This document shows positions 44,201 to 59,700 of a DNA stretch of 64,000 nt, piece after piece. Every line of letters begins with the position of its first letter. Position 1 is the first letter of the stretch. Source of the stretch: Eledone cirrhosa (Eukaryota); the NCBI GenBank assembly GCA_964016885.1, contig OZ024743.1, forward strand, positions 134,850,001 to 134,914,000, read 5' to 3'. The notes under the pieces are model-generated. The model was not told where the DNA came from and searched no databases. It saw only the letters and a program-made list of their open reading frames with translations. Position numbers and translations under genes: made by a program.

Positions 44201-46340
44201 AAGCACCAAACACCTAACACCAAGCACCAAGCACCAAACACCAAACACCAAGCACCAAGCACCAAACACCAAGCACCAGGCACCAAGCACCAAACACCAA
44301 GCACCAAGCACCAAACACCAAGCACCAAGCATAAAACACCAAGCACCAAGCACCACACACCTAAGACCAAGCACCAAGCACCAAGCACCAAACACCAAGC
44401 ACTAAACACCAAACACCAAGCACCAAGCACCAAGCACCAAACACCAAGCACCAAGCACAAAACACCAAGCACCAAGCACCAAACACCTAACACCAAGCAC
44501 CAAGCACCAAGCACCAAACACCAAGCACCAAGCACCAAACACCAAGCACCAAACACCAAGCACCAAGCACCAAGTACAAACACCAAGCACCAAGCACCAA
44601 ACACCAAGCACCAAGCACCTAGCATCAAACACCAAGCATCAAACACCAAACACCAAACACCAAGCAACAAGCACCAAACACCAAGCACCAAGCACCAAGC
44701 ACCAAATACCAAGCACCAATTACGAAGCACCAAACACAGAGCCCCAAGCACCAAGCACCAAACACCAAACACGAAGCACCAAACACCAAATACCAAGCAC
44801 CTAGCACCAAACACCAAACACCAAGCACCAATCACCAAGCACCAAACACGAAGCAGCAAGCAGAAAGCACCAAACAACAAACACCAAGCACCAAGCACCA
44901 AACACCAAGCACCATGGACCAAACACCAAACACCAAGCACCAAACACCTAACACCAAGCACCAAGCACCAAACACCAAGCACCAAAGACCAAACACCAAA
45001 CAGCAAACACCAAACACCAAACAGCAAACACCAAACATGAAACAGCCAACACCATTGAGCAAAAACCAAACACCAAAAAGCAGACACCAAACAGCAAACA
45101 GCAAACACCAAGCACCAAACACCAAGTTCCAAGCACCAAACACCAAACACCAAGCACCAAACACCAAACCCCAAGCACCAAGCACCAAACACTAATCACA
45201 ATGCACCAAGCACCAAGCACTAAACACCAAGCACCAAGCACCAAGCACTAAACACCAAACACCAAGGACCAAGCACCAAGCACCAAGAACCAAAGACCAA
45301 GCACCAAGCACCAAACACCAAGCACCAAGCACCAAGCATCGAACACCAAGCATCAAACACCAAACACCAAACACCAAGCACCAAACACCATGCACCAAGC
45401 ACCAAACACCAAGCACCCAGCACCAAACACCAAGCACCAATCACCAAGCACCAAACACCAAGCACCAACCACCAAACACCAAGCACCAAACATCAAACAC
45501 CAAGCACCAAGAACCAAGCACCAAATACCAAACACCAAGCACCACGCACCAAACACCAAACACCAAACACCAAGCACCAAACACCAAACACCAAACACCA
45601 AACACCAAGCACCAAGTACCAAACAACAAGCACCAGGCACCAAGCACCAAACATCAAACACCAAGCACCAAGCACCAAACACCAAGCACCAACCACCAAA
45701 CACCAAGCACCAATCACCAAGCACCAAACACCAAACAGCAAACAGCAAACAGCAAACAGCAAACAGCAAACACCAAGCACCAATCACCAAACAACAAGCA
45801 CCAGGCACCAAGGACCAAACACCAAACACCAAGCACCAAGCACCAAGCACCAAACACCAAACACCAAGCACCAAGCACCAAACACCCAGCACCAGAGACC
45901 AAACACCAAACAGCAAACACCAAACACGAAACAGCAAACACCATACAGCAAACACAAAACACCAAAAAGCAGACACCAAACAGCAAACATCAAACACCAA
46001 ACACCAAACACCAAACAGCAAACAGCAAACACCAAACACCAAGCACCAAACACCAAGTACCAAGCACCAAACACCAAACACCAAGCACCAAACACCAAAC
46101 ACCAAGCACCAAGCACCAAACACTAATCACCAAGCACCAAGCACCAAACACCAAGCACCAAGCACCAAGCACCAAACACCAAGCACCAAAGACCAAGCAC
46201 CAAGCACCAAGCACCAAACACCAAGCACCAAGCACCAAGCACCAAACACCAAGCACCAAACACCAACCACCCAGCATCAAGCACCAAGCACCAAACACCA
46301 AGCACCAAGCACCAAACACCAAACACCAAACACCAAACAC
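41241..46340 (+). repeat. About 2.0-kb higher-order repeat (CACAATG-marked), first cluster
   Basis: CACAATG at 41248, 43170 and 45197 (offsets 1922, 2027). The two complete copies each carry three 6-bp units. Confidence 0.8.
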
Positions 46341-49300
46341 CAAGCACCAAGCACCAAACACCAAGCACCAAGGACCAAGCACCAAACACCAAGCACCAAG
46401 CACCAAACACCAAGCACCAAGCACCAAGCACCAAGCACGAAAGACCAAGCACCAACCATCAAGTACCAAAGATCAAGCACCAAACACCAAACACCAAGCA
46501 CCAAGCACCAAACACCAAGCACCAAGCGCCAAACACCAAACACCTAGCACCAAGCACCAAACACCAAGCACCAAGCACCAATCACCAAACACCAAGCACC
46601 AAGCACCAAATACCAAACACCAAGCACCAAGCACCAAACACCAAACACCAAGCACCAAGTACCAAACACCAAACACCAAGTACCAAGTAACAAGCACCAA
46701 GCACCAAACACCAAGCACCAAGCAGCAAGCACCAAACACCAATCACCAAACAGCAAACACCAAACAGCAAACAGAAAACACCAAATAGCAAGCAGCAAAC
46801 ACCAAACAGCAAACAGAAAAAGCCAAACATCAAACGAGAAACACCAAACGCCAAGCACCAAGCACCAAACACCAAACACCAAGCACCAAGCACCAAGCAC
46901 CAAATACCAAACACCAAGCACCAAGCACCAAACACCAAACACCAAGCACCAAACACCTAACAACAAGCACCAAGCACCAAACACCAAACACCAAGCACCA
47001 AGCACCAAGCACCAAACACCAAGCACCAAGCACCAAGCACCAAGCACCATCCACCAAACACCAAACACCAAGCACCAAACACCAAGCACCAAGCACCAAA
47101 CACCAAGCACCAAGCACCAAGCACCAAACAACAAGCACCAAGCACCAAACACCATTCACCAAGCACCAAACACCAAACACCAAGCACCAAGCACAAATCA
47201 CCAAGCACCAAGCAGCAAGCACCAAGCTCCAAGCACTAAACACCAAACAGCAAGCACCAAGCAGCAAGCACCAAACACCAAGCACCAAACACCAAGCACC
47301 AAACACCAAGAACCAAGCACCAAGCACCAAAAACCAAGCAACAAGCGCCAAAGACCAAACAACAAGCACCAAGCACCAATCACCAAACACCAAGCACCAA
47401 GCACCAAACACCAAACAACAAGCACCAAGCACCAAACACCAAATACCAAGCACCAAGCACTAAACATCAAACACCAAGCACCAAGCACCAAGCACCAAGC
47501 ACGAAACACCAAGCACCAAGCACCAAGCACCAAACACCAAACATAAAACACCAAGTACCAAGCACCAAACACGAAACACCAAACACCAAGCACCAAACAC
47601 CAAACACCTAGCACCAAGCACCAAACAACAAGCACCAAGCACACAGCACCAAACACCAAGCACCAAGCACCAAGCACCAAATACCAAACACCAAGCACCA
47701 AGCACCACACATCAAACACCAAGCACCAATAACCAAACACCAAACACCAGGCACCAAACACCAAGCACCAATCACCAAGCACCAAGCACCAACCACCAAA
47801 CACCAAGCACCAAGCACCAAACACCAAGCACCAAGCACCAAAGAGAAAAAACCAAGCACCAATCACCGAACACCAAACACCAAACACCACACAGCAAACC
47901 CCAAACAGCAAACACCAAACAGCAAACACCAAACACCAAATAGCAAACACCAAACAGCAAACAGCAAACAGCAAACACCAAGCACCAAGCACCAAACACC
48001 AAGCACCAAACACCAAACACCAAGCATCAAGCACCAAACAGCAAACACCAAGCACCAAGCACCAAACACCAAGCACCAAGATCCAAGCACCAAACACCAA
48101 GCAGCAAACACCAAACACCAAGCACCAAGCACCAAACACCAAGCACCAAACACCAAACACCAAGCATCAAGCACCAAACAGCAAACACCAAGCACCAAGC
48201 ACCAAACACCAAACACCAAGCACCAAGCATCAAACACCAAACACCAAGCACCAAGCACTAAACACCAAACACCAAGCACCAAGCACCAAACACAAAACAC
48301 CAAGCACCAAGCACCAAGCACCAAGCACCAAGCACCAAGCACCAAGCACCAAACACCAAGCACCCAGCACCAAACACCAAACACCAAGCACCAAGTACAA
48401 AGCACCAAGCACCAAGTACAAAGCACCAAGCACCAAGCAGCAAGCACCAAGCACCAAGCACCAAACACCAAACACCAAGCACCAAGCACCAAGAACCAAT
48501 CACCAAGCACCAAACACCAAACACCAAGCACCAAGCACCAAACACCAAGCACCAAGTGCCAAACACCAAACACCAAACACCAAACACCAAGCACCAAGCA
48601 CCAAACACCAAGCACCAAGCACCAAACACCAAACACCAAGCACCAAGGACCAAACACCAAGCACCAAGCACCAAGCACCAAGCACCAAGCACCAATCACC
48701 AAGCACCAAGCACCAAACACCAAGCATCAAGCACCAAACAGCAAACACCAACCACCAAGCACCAAACACCAAACACCAAGCACCAAGCACTAAACACCAA
48801 ACACCAAGCACCAAGCACCAAACACCAAGCACCAAGCACCAAACACCAAGCACCAAGCACCAGGCACCAAGCACCAAGCACCAAACACCAAGCACCAAGC
48901 ACCAAACACCAAACACCAAGCACCAAGCACTAAACACCAAACACCACACAGCAAACACCAAACAGCAAACACCAATCTGCAAACACCAAACACCAAATAG
49001 CAAACCCCAAACAGCAAACAGCAAACACCAAACAGCAAACACCAAACACCAAACACCAAGCACCAAACACCAAACACCAAACACAAAACACCAAGCACCA
49101 AGCACCAAGCACCAAACAGCAAGCACCAAGCACCAAACACAAAGCACCAAGCCCCAAGCACCAAGTACCAAACACCAAGCACCAAGCACCAAACACCAAA
49201 CACCACACAGCAAACACCAAACAGCAAACACCAAACTGCATACACCAAACACAAAATAGCAAACACCAAACAGCAAAAACCAAACACCAAACAGCAAACA

Positions 49301-52300
49301 CCAAACACCAAACACCAAGCACCAAACACCAAACACCAAACACAAAACAGCAAGCACCAAGCACCAAGCACCAAACACCAGACACCAAGCACGAAGCACC
49401 AAACACCAAACACCAAGCACCAAGCACGAAGCACCAAACAGCAAGCACCAAGCACCAAACACCAAGCACCAAGCACCAGACACCAAACACCAAGCACCAA
49501 GCACTAAACACCAAACACCACACAGCAAACACCAAACAGCAAACACCAATCTGCAAACACCAAACACCAAATAGCAAACCCCAAACAGCAAACACCAAAC
49601 ACCAAACAGCAAACACCAAACACCAAACACCAAACACAAAACACCAAGCACCAAGCACCAAGCACCAAACACCAGACACCAAGCCCCACGCACCAAACAC
49701 CAAGCACCAAGCACCAAGCACCAAGCACCAAGCACCAAACACCAAACACCAAGCACCAAACACCAAACACCAAGCACCAAGCACCAAACACCAAACACCA
49801 AGCACCAAGCACCAAACAGCAAGCACCAAGCACCAAGCACCAAGCACCAAACACCAAGCACCAAGCACCAAACACCAAGCACCAAGCACCAGACACCAAA
49901 CACCAAACACCAAGCACCAAACACCAAACACCAAGCACCAAGCACAAAACACCAATCACCAAGCAGCAAGGACCAAGCACCAAGCACCAAACACCAAGCA
50001 CCAAGCACCAAGCACCAAACAGCAAGCACCAAGCACCAAACACAAAGCACCAAGCCCCAAGCACCAAGTACCAAACACCAAGCACCAAGCACCAAACACC
50101 AAACACCACACAGCAAACACCAAACAGCAAACACCAAACTGCATACACCAAACACAAAATAGCAAACACCAAACAGCAAACACCAAACACCAAACAGCAA
50201 ACACCAAACACCAAACACCAAGCACCAAACACCAAACACCAAACACAAAACAGCAAGCACCAAGCACCAAGCACCAAACACCAGACACCAAGCCCCAAGC
50301 ACCAAACACCAAACACCAAGCACCAAGCACCAAGCACCAAGCACCAAACACCAAACACCAAGCACCAAACACCAAACACCAAGCACGAAGCACCAAACAC
50401 CAAACACCAAGCACCAAGCACGAAGCACCAAACAGCAAGCACCAAGCACCAAACACCAAGCACCAAGCACCAGACACCAAACACCAAACACCAAGCACCA
50501 AACACCAAACACCAAACACCAAGCACCAAGCACAAAGCAACAAACACCAAGCACCAAGCACCAAGCACCAAACAACAAGCACCAAGCACCAAGCACCAAA
50601 CAACAATCACCAAGCACCAAACACCAAACACCAAGCACCAAGCACGAAGCACCAATCACCAAGCAGCAAGGACCAAACACCAAGCACCAAACACCAAGCA
50701 CCAAGGACCAAGCACCAAACACCAAGCACCAAGCACCAAACACCAAACACCAAGCACCAAGCACCAAACACCAAACACCAAGCACCAAGCACAAAGCACC
50801 AAACAGCAAGCACCAAGCACCAAACACCAAGCACCAAGCACCAGACACCAAACACCAAACACCAAGCACCAAACACCAAACACCAAACACCAAGCACGAA
50901 GCACCAAGCACCAAACACCAAGCACCAAGCACCAAGCACCAAACAACAAGCACCAAGCACCAAGCACCAAACACCAATCACCAAGCACCAAACACCAAAC
51001 ACCAAGCACCAAGCACAAAGCACCAATCACCAAGCAGCAATGAACAAACACCAAGCACCAAACACCAAGCACCAAGGACCAAGCACCAAACACCAAGCAC
51101 CAAGCACCAAACACCAAGCACCAAGCACCAAGCACCAAGCACGAAAGACCAAGCACCAACCATCAAGTACCAAAGATCAAGCACCAAACACCAAACACCA
51201 AGCACCAAGCACCAAACACCAAGCACCAAGCGCCAAACACCAAACACCTAGCACCAAGCACCAAACACCAAGCACCAAGCACCAATCACCAAACACCAAG
51301 CACCAAGCACCAAATACCAAACACCAAGCACCAAGCACCAAACACCAAACACCAAGCACCAAGTACCAAACACCAAACACCAAGTACCAAGTAACAAGCA
51401 CCAAGCACCAAACACCAAGCACCAAGCAGCAAGCACCAAACACCAATCACCAAACAGCAAACACCAAACAGCAAACAGAAAACACCAAATAGCAAGCAGC
51501 AAACACCAAACAGCAAACAGAAAAAGCCAAACATCAAACGAGAAACACCAAACGCCAAGCACCAAGCACCAAACACCAAACACCAAGCACCAAGCACCAA
51601 GCACCAAATACCAAACACCAAGCACCAAGCACCAAACACCAAACACCAAGCACCAAACACCTAACAACAAGCACCAAGCACCAAACACCAAACACCAAGC
51701 ACCAAGCACCAAGCACCAAACACCAAGCACCAAGCACCAAGCACCAAGCACCATCCACCAAACACCAAGCACCAAGCACCAAACACCAAGCACCAAGCAC
51801 CAAACACCAAGCACCAAGCACCAAGCACCAAACAACAAGCACCAAGCACCAAACACCATTCACCAAGCACCAAACACCAAACACCAAGCACCAAGCACAA
51901 ATCACCAAGCACCAAGCAGCAAGCACCAAGCTCCAAGCACTAAACACCAAACAGCAAGCACCAAGCAGCAAGCACCAAACACCAAGCACCAAACACCAAG
52001 CACCAAACACCAAGAACCAAGCACCAAGCACCAAAAACCAAGCAACAAGCGCCAAAGACCAAACAACAAGCACCAAGCACCAATCACCAAACACCAAGCA
52101 CCAAGCACCAAACACCAAACAACAAGCACCAAGCACCACACACCAAATACCAAGCACCAAGCACTAAACATCAAACACCAAGCACCAAGCACCAAGCACC
52201 AAGCACGAAACACCAAGCACCAAGCACCAAGCACCAAACACCAAACATAAAACACCAAGTACCAAGCACCAAACACGAAACACCAAACACCAAGCACCAA

Positions 52301-54040
52301 ACACCAAACACCTAGCACCAAGCACCAAACAACAAACACCAAGCACACAGCACCAAACACCAAGCACCAAGCACCAAGCACCAAATACCAAACACCAAGC
52401 ACCAAGCACCACACATCAAACACCAAGCACCAATAACCAAACACCAAACACCAGGCACCAAACACCAAGCACCAATCACCAAGCACCAAGCACCAACCAC
52501 CAAACACCAAGCACCAAGCACCAAACACCAAGCACCAAGCACCAAAGAGAAAAAACCAAGCACCAATCACCGAACACCAAACACCAAACACCACACAGCA
52601 AACCCCAAACAGCAAACACCAAACAGCAAACACCAAACACCAAATAGCAAACACCAAACAGCAAACAGCAAACAGCAAACACCAAGCACCAAGCACCAAA
52701 CACCAAGCACCAAACACCAAACACCAAGCATCAAGCACCAAACAGCAAACACCAAGCACCAAGCACCAAACACCAAGCACCAAGATCCAAGCACCAAACA
52801 CCAAGCAGCAAACACCAAACACCAAGCACCAAGCACCAAACACCAAGCACCAAACACCAAACACCAAGCATCAAGCACCAAACAGCAAACACCAAGCACC
52901 AAGCACCAAACACCAAACACCAAGCACCAAGCATCAAACACCAAACACCAAGCACCAAGCACTAAACACCAAACACCAAGCACCAAGCACCAAACACAAA
53001 ACACCAAGCACCAAGCACCAAGCACCAAGCACCAAGCACCAAGCACCAAACACCAAGCACCCAGCACCAAACACCAAACACCAAGCACCAAGTACAAAGC
53101 ACCAAGCACCAAGTACAAAGCACCAAGCACCAAGCAGCAAGCACCAAGCACCAAGCACCAAACACCAAACACCAAGCACCAAGCACCAAGAACCAATCAC
53201 CAAGCACCAAACACCAAACACCAAGCACCAAGCACCAAACACCAAGCACCAAGTGCCAAACACCAAACACCAAACACCAAACACCAAGCACCAAGCACCA
53301 AACACCAAGCACCAAGCACCAAACACCAAACACCAAGCACCAAGGAACAAACACCAAGCACCAAGCACCAAGCACCAAGCACCAAGCACCAATCACCAAG
53401 CACCAAGCACCAAACACCAAGCATCAAGCACCAAACAGCAAACACCAACCACCAAGCACCAAACACCAAACACCAAGCACCAAGCACTAAACACCAAACA
53501 CCAAGCACCAAGCACCAAACACCAAGCACCAAGCACCAAACACCAAGCACCAAGCACCAGGCACCAAGCACCAAGCACCAAACACCAAGCACCAAGCACC
53601 AAACACCAAACACCAAGCACCAAGCACTAAACACCAAACACCACACAGCAAACACCAAACAGCAAACACCAATCTGCAAACACCAAACACCAAATAGCAA
53701 ACCCCAAACAGCAAACACCAAACACCAAACAGCAAACACCAAACACCAAACACCAAGCACCAAACACCAAACACCAAACACAAAACACCAAGCACCAAGC
53801 ACCAAGCACCAAACAGCAAGCACCAAGCACCAAACACAAAGCACCAAGCCCCAAGCACCAAGTACCAAACACCAAGCACCAAGCACCAAACACCAAACAC
53901 CACACAGCAAACACCAAACAGCAAACACCAAACTGCATACACCAAACACAAAATAGCAAACACCAAACAGCAAAAACCAAACACCAAACAGCAAACGCCA
54001 AACACCAAACACCAAGCACCAAACACCAAACACCAAACAC
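46340..54040 (+). repeat. 4704-bp (672 monomer) tandem repeat belonging to the ~4-kb unit family
   Basis: Offset 4704 for ORFs 46544/51248 and 47198/51902, and for markers CGAGAAA 46835/51539 and GAGAAAA 47843/52547. Confidence 0.85.
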
Positions 54041-56759
54041 AAAACAGCAAGCACCAAGCAACAAGCACCAAACACCAGACACCAAGCACGAAGCACCAAA
54101 CACCAAACACCAAGCACCAAGCACGAAGCACCAAACAGCAAGCACCAAGCACCAAACACCAAGCACCAAGCACCAGACACCAAACACCAAACACCAAGCA
54201 CCAAACACCAAACACCAAACACCAAGCACCAAGCACAAAGCAACAAACACCAAGCACCAAGCACCAAGCACCAAACAACAAGCACCAAGCACCAAGCACC
54301 AAACACCAATCACCAAGCACCAAACACCAAACACCAAGCACCAAGCACGAAGCACCAATCACCAAGCAGCAAGGACCAAACACCAAGCACCAAACACCAA
54401 GCACCAAGGACCAAGCACCAAACACCAAGCACCAAGCACCAAGCACCAAGCACCAAGCACCAAAGTCCAAGCACCAACCATCAAGTACCAAACACCAAGC
54501 ACCAAGTACCAAACAACAAACACCAAGCACCAAGTAACAAGCACCAAGCACCAAACACCAAGCACCAAGTAGCAAGCACCAAACACCAATCACCAAACAG
54601 CAAACACCAAACACCATACAGCAAACACAAAACACCAAAAAGCAGACACCAAACAGCAAACATCAAACACCAAACACCAAACACCAAACAGCAAACAGCA
54701 AACACCAAACACCAAGCACCAAACACCAAGTACCAAGCACCAAACACCAAGCACCAAACACCAAACACCAAGCACCAAGCACCAAACACCAAACACTAAT
54801 CACCAAGCACCAAGCACCAAACACCAAGCACCAAGCACCAAGCACCAAACACCAAGCACCAAAGACCAAGCACCAAGTACCAAGCACCAAACACCAGGCA
54901 CCAAGCACCAAGCACCAAACACCAAGCACCAAACACCAACCACCCAGTATCAAGCACCAAGCACCAAACACCAAGCACCAAGCACCAAACACCAAACACC
55001 AAACACCAAGCACCAAGCACCAAACACCAAGCACCAAGCACCAAACACCAAGCACCAAACACCAAACACCAAGCACCAAGCACCAAACACCAAGCACCAA
55101 ACACCAAACACCAAGAACCAAGTACCAAACACCAAGCACCAAGCACCAAGCACCAAACACCAAGCACCAAGCACCAAGCATCAAACACCAAGCATCAAAC
55201 ACCAAACACCAAACACCAAGGACCAAACACCAAGCATAAAGCACCAAACACGAAGCAGCAAGCAGAAAGCACCAAACAACAAACACCAAGCACCAAGCGC
55301 CAAACACCAAGCACCAAGGACCAAACACCAAACACCATGCACCAAGCACCAAACACCTAACACCAAGCACCAAGCACCAAACACCAAACACCAAGCACCA
55401 AGCACCAAACACCAAGCACCAGGCACCAAGCACCAAACACCAAGCACCAAGCACCAAACACCAAGCACCAAGCAGAAAACACCAAGCACCAAGCACCAAA
55501 CACCTAACACCTAACACCAAGCACCAAGCACCAAGCACCAAGCACCAAACACCAAACACCAATCACCAAGCACCAAACACCAAGCACCAAACACCAAGAA
55601 CCAAGCACCAAACACCAAGCTCCAAACACCAAGCACCAAGCACCAAGCACCAAACACCAAGCACCAAGCACCAAGCACCAAGTACAAACACCAAGCACCA
55701 AACACCAAACACCAAACACCAAACACCAAGCACCAAGCACCAATCACCAAACAACAAGCACCAAGCACCAAGATCCAAACACCAAACACCAAGCACCAAG
55801 CACCCAGCACGAAGCACCAAACACGAAGCACGCAGCACCAAACACCAAGCACCAAGCACCAAACACCAAGCACCAAGCACCAAACACCATACCCCAAGCA
55901 CCAAGCACCAAGCACCAAGCACCAAACACCAAACACCAAGCACCAAATACCAAGCTCCAAATACCAAACAGCAAACACCAAACACGAAACAGCAAACACC
56001 AAACGCCAAACACCAAGCACCAAGCACCAATCACCAAACAACAAGCACCAAGCACCAAGCACCAAACACCAAGCACCAAGCACCAAACACCAAACACCAA
56101 TCACCAAACACCAAGCACCAAGCACCAAACACCAAACCCCAAGCACCAAGCACCAAACACTAATCACCAAGCACCAAGCACCAAGCACCAAACACCAAGC
56201 ACCAAGCACAGAGCACCAAACACCAAACACCAAGCACCAAAGACCAAGCACCAAGCACCAAGCACCAAGCACCAAACACCAAGCACCAAGCACCAAACAC
56301 CAACAACCCAGCACCAAACACGAAGCACCAAACACGAAGCACCAAGCACCTAGCACAAAACACCAAACACCAAGCACAAAGCACCAAACACCAAGCACCA
56401 ATCACCAAGCACCAAACACCAAGCAGCAAGCAGAAAGCACCAAACAACAAACACCAAGCACCAAACACCAAACACCAAGCACCAAGCACCAAACACCTAA
56501 CACCAAGCACCAAGCACCAAACACCAAACACCAAGCACCAAGCACCAAACACCAAGCACCAAAGACCAAACACCAAACAGCAAACACCAAACACCAAACA
56601 GCAAACACTAAACATGAAACAGCAAACACCATAGAGCAAACACCAAACACTAAACAGCAAACAGCAAACAGCAAACACCAAGCACCAAACACCAAGTTCC
56701 AAGCACCAAACACCAAGCACCAAGCACCAAACACCAAACCCCAAGCACCAAGCACCAAA

Positions 56760-59700
56760 CACTAAGCACAATGCACCAAGCACAAAGCACTAAACACCAA
56801 GCACCAAGCACCAAGCACCAAGCACCAAGAACCAAAGACCAAGCACCAAGCACCAAACACCAAGTACCAAGCACCAAGCATCGAACACCAAGCATCAAAC
56901 ACCAAACACCAAGCACCAAACACCAAGCACGAAACACCAAGCACCCAGCACCAAACACCAAGCACCAATCACCAAGCACCAAACACCAAGCACCAACCAC
57001 CAAACACCAAGCACCAGGCACCAAGCACCAAACATCAAACACCAAGCACCAAGCACCCAGCACCAAACACCAAACACCAAGCACCAAGCACCAAGCACCA
57101 AACACCAAACACCAAGCACCAAGCACCAAACACCAAACACCAAACACCAAACACCAAACACCAAGCACCAAGCACCAAACAACAAGCACCAGGCACCAAG
57201 CACCAAACATCAAACACCAAGCACCAAGCATCAAACACCAAGCACCAAGCTCCAAACACCAAGCACCAAGCACCAAGCACCAAACACCAAACAGCAAACA
57301 CCAAACACCAAACAGCAAACAGCAAACACCAAGCACCAATCACCAAACAACAAGCACCAGGCACCAAGGACCAAACACCAAACACCAAGCACCAAGCACC
57401 AAACACCAAGCACCAGAGACCAAACACTAAACAGCAAACACCAAACACCAAACAGCAAACACCAAACACGAAACAGCAAAAACCATACAGCAAACACCAA
57501 ACACCAAAAAGCAGACACCAAACAGCAAACACCAAACACCAAACAGCAAACAGCAAACACCACACACCAAGCACCAAAACCAAGTACCAAGCACCAAACA
57601 CCAAGCACCAAGCACCAAGTACAAACACCAAGCACCAAGCACCAAACACCAAGCACCAAGCACCAAGCATCAAACACCAAGCATCAAACACCAAACACCA
57701 AACACCAAGCAACAAGCACCAAACACCAAGCACCAAGCACCAAACTCCAAGCAGCAAGCAGAAAGCACCAAACAACAAACACCAAGCACAAAGCACCAAA
57801 CACCAAGCACCAAAGACCAAACACCAAACACCAAGCACCAAGCACCAAACACCTAACACCAAGCACCAAGCACCAAACACCAAACACCAAGCACCAAGCA
57901 CCAAACACCAAGCACCAGGCACCAAGTACCAAACACCAAGCACCAAGCACCAAACACCAAGCACCAAGCATAAAACACCAAGCACCAAGCACCACACACC
58001 TAAGACCAAGCACCAAGCACCAAGCACCAAACACCAAGCACTAAACACCAAACACCAAGCACCAAGCACCAAGCACCAAACACCAAGCACCAAGCACAAA
58101 ACACCAAGCACCAAGCACCAAACACCTAACACCAAGCACCAAGCACCAAGCACCAAACACCAAGCACCAAACACCAAACACCAAGCACCAAGTACCAAAC
58201 ACCAAGCACCAAACACCAAGCACCAAGCACCAAGTACAAACACCAAGCACCAAGCACCAAACACCAAGCACCAAGCACCTAGCATCAAACACCAAGCATC
58301 AAACACCAAACACCAAACACCAAGCAACAAGCACCAAACACCAAGCACCAAGCACCAAGCACCAAATACCAAGCACCAATTACGAAGCACCAAACACAGA
58401 GCCCCAAGCACCAAGCACCAAACACCAAACACGAAGCACCAAACACCAAATACCAAGCACCTAGCACCAAACACCAAACACCAAGCACCAATCACCAAGC
58501 ACCAAACACGAAGCAGCAAGCAGAAAGCACCAAACAACAAACACCAAGCACCAAGCACCAAACACCAAGCACCATGGACCAAACACCAAACACCAAGCAC
58601 CAAACACCTAACACCAAGCACCAAGCACCAAACACCAAGCACCAAAGACCAAACACCAAACAGCAGACACCAAACACCAAACAGCAAACACCAAACATGA
58701 AACAGCCAACACCATTGAGCAAAAACCAAACACCAAAAAGCAGACACCAAACAGCAAACAGCAAACACCAAGCACCAAACACCAAGTTCCAAGCACCAAA
58801 CACCAAACACCAAGCACCAAACACCAAACCCCAAGCACCAAGCACCAAACACTAATCACAATGCACCAAGCACCAAGCACTAAACACCAAGCACCAAGCA
58901 CCAAGCACTAAACACCAAACACCAAGGACCAAGCACCAAGCACCAAGAACCAAAGACCAAGCACCAAGCACCAAACACCAAGCACCAAGCACCAAGCATC
59001 GAACACCAAGCATCAAACACCAAACACCAAGCACCAAACACCAAGCACAAAACACCAAGCACCCAGCACCAAACACCAAGCACCAATCACCAAGCACCAA
59101 ACACCAAGCACCAACCACCAAACACCAAGCACCAAGCACCCAGCACCAAACACCAAACACCAAGCACCAAGCACCAAACACCAAACACCAAACACCAAAC
59201 ACCAAACACCAAGCACCAAGCACCAAACAACAAGCACCAGGCACCAAGCACCAAACATCAAACACCAAGCACCAAGCATCAAACACCAAGCACCAAGCTC
59301 CAAACACCAAGCACCAAGCACCAAGCACCAAACACCAAACAGCAAACACCAAACACCAAACAGCAAACAGCAAACACCAAGCACCAATCACCAAACAACA
59401 AGCACCAGGCACCAAGGACCAAACACCAAACACCAAGCACCAAGCACCAAACACCAAGCACCAGAGACCAAACACTAAACAGCAAACACCAAACACCAAA
59501 CAGCAAACACCAAACACGAAACAGCAAAAACCATACAGCAAACACCAAACACCAAAAAGCAGACACCAAACAGCAAACACCAAACACCAAACAGCAAACA
59601 GCAAACACCACACACCAAGCACCAAAACCAAGTACCAAGCACCAAACACCAAGCACCAAGCACCAAGTACAAACACCAAGCACCAAGCACCAAACACCAA

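Noticed and set aside
48500-50977. Long hydrophobic minus-strand ORFs (WCLVLGA/WCLVFGV repeats, up to 825 aa) resembling membrane proteins
   Set aside because: The minus strand is nearly A-free, so it lacks stops. ORFs overlap in all three frames with the same peptide, which is a typical satellite translation artefact.
644-53960. TAGCAAA, TACCAAR, CATCAAR and CACTAAA variants as evidence of cytosine-methylation-driven deamination
   Set aside because: Most occurrences are copies of a few ancestral events amplified by duplication, and C-to-A and C-to-G variants are also common. A mutation spectrum cannot be inferred without collapsing duplicates computationally.
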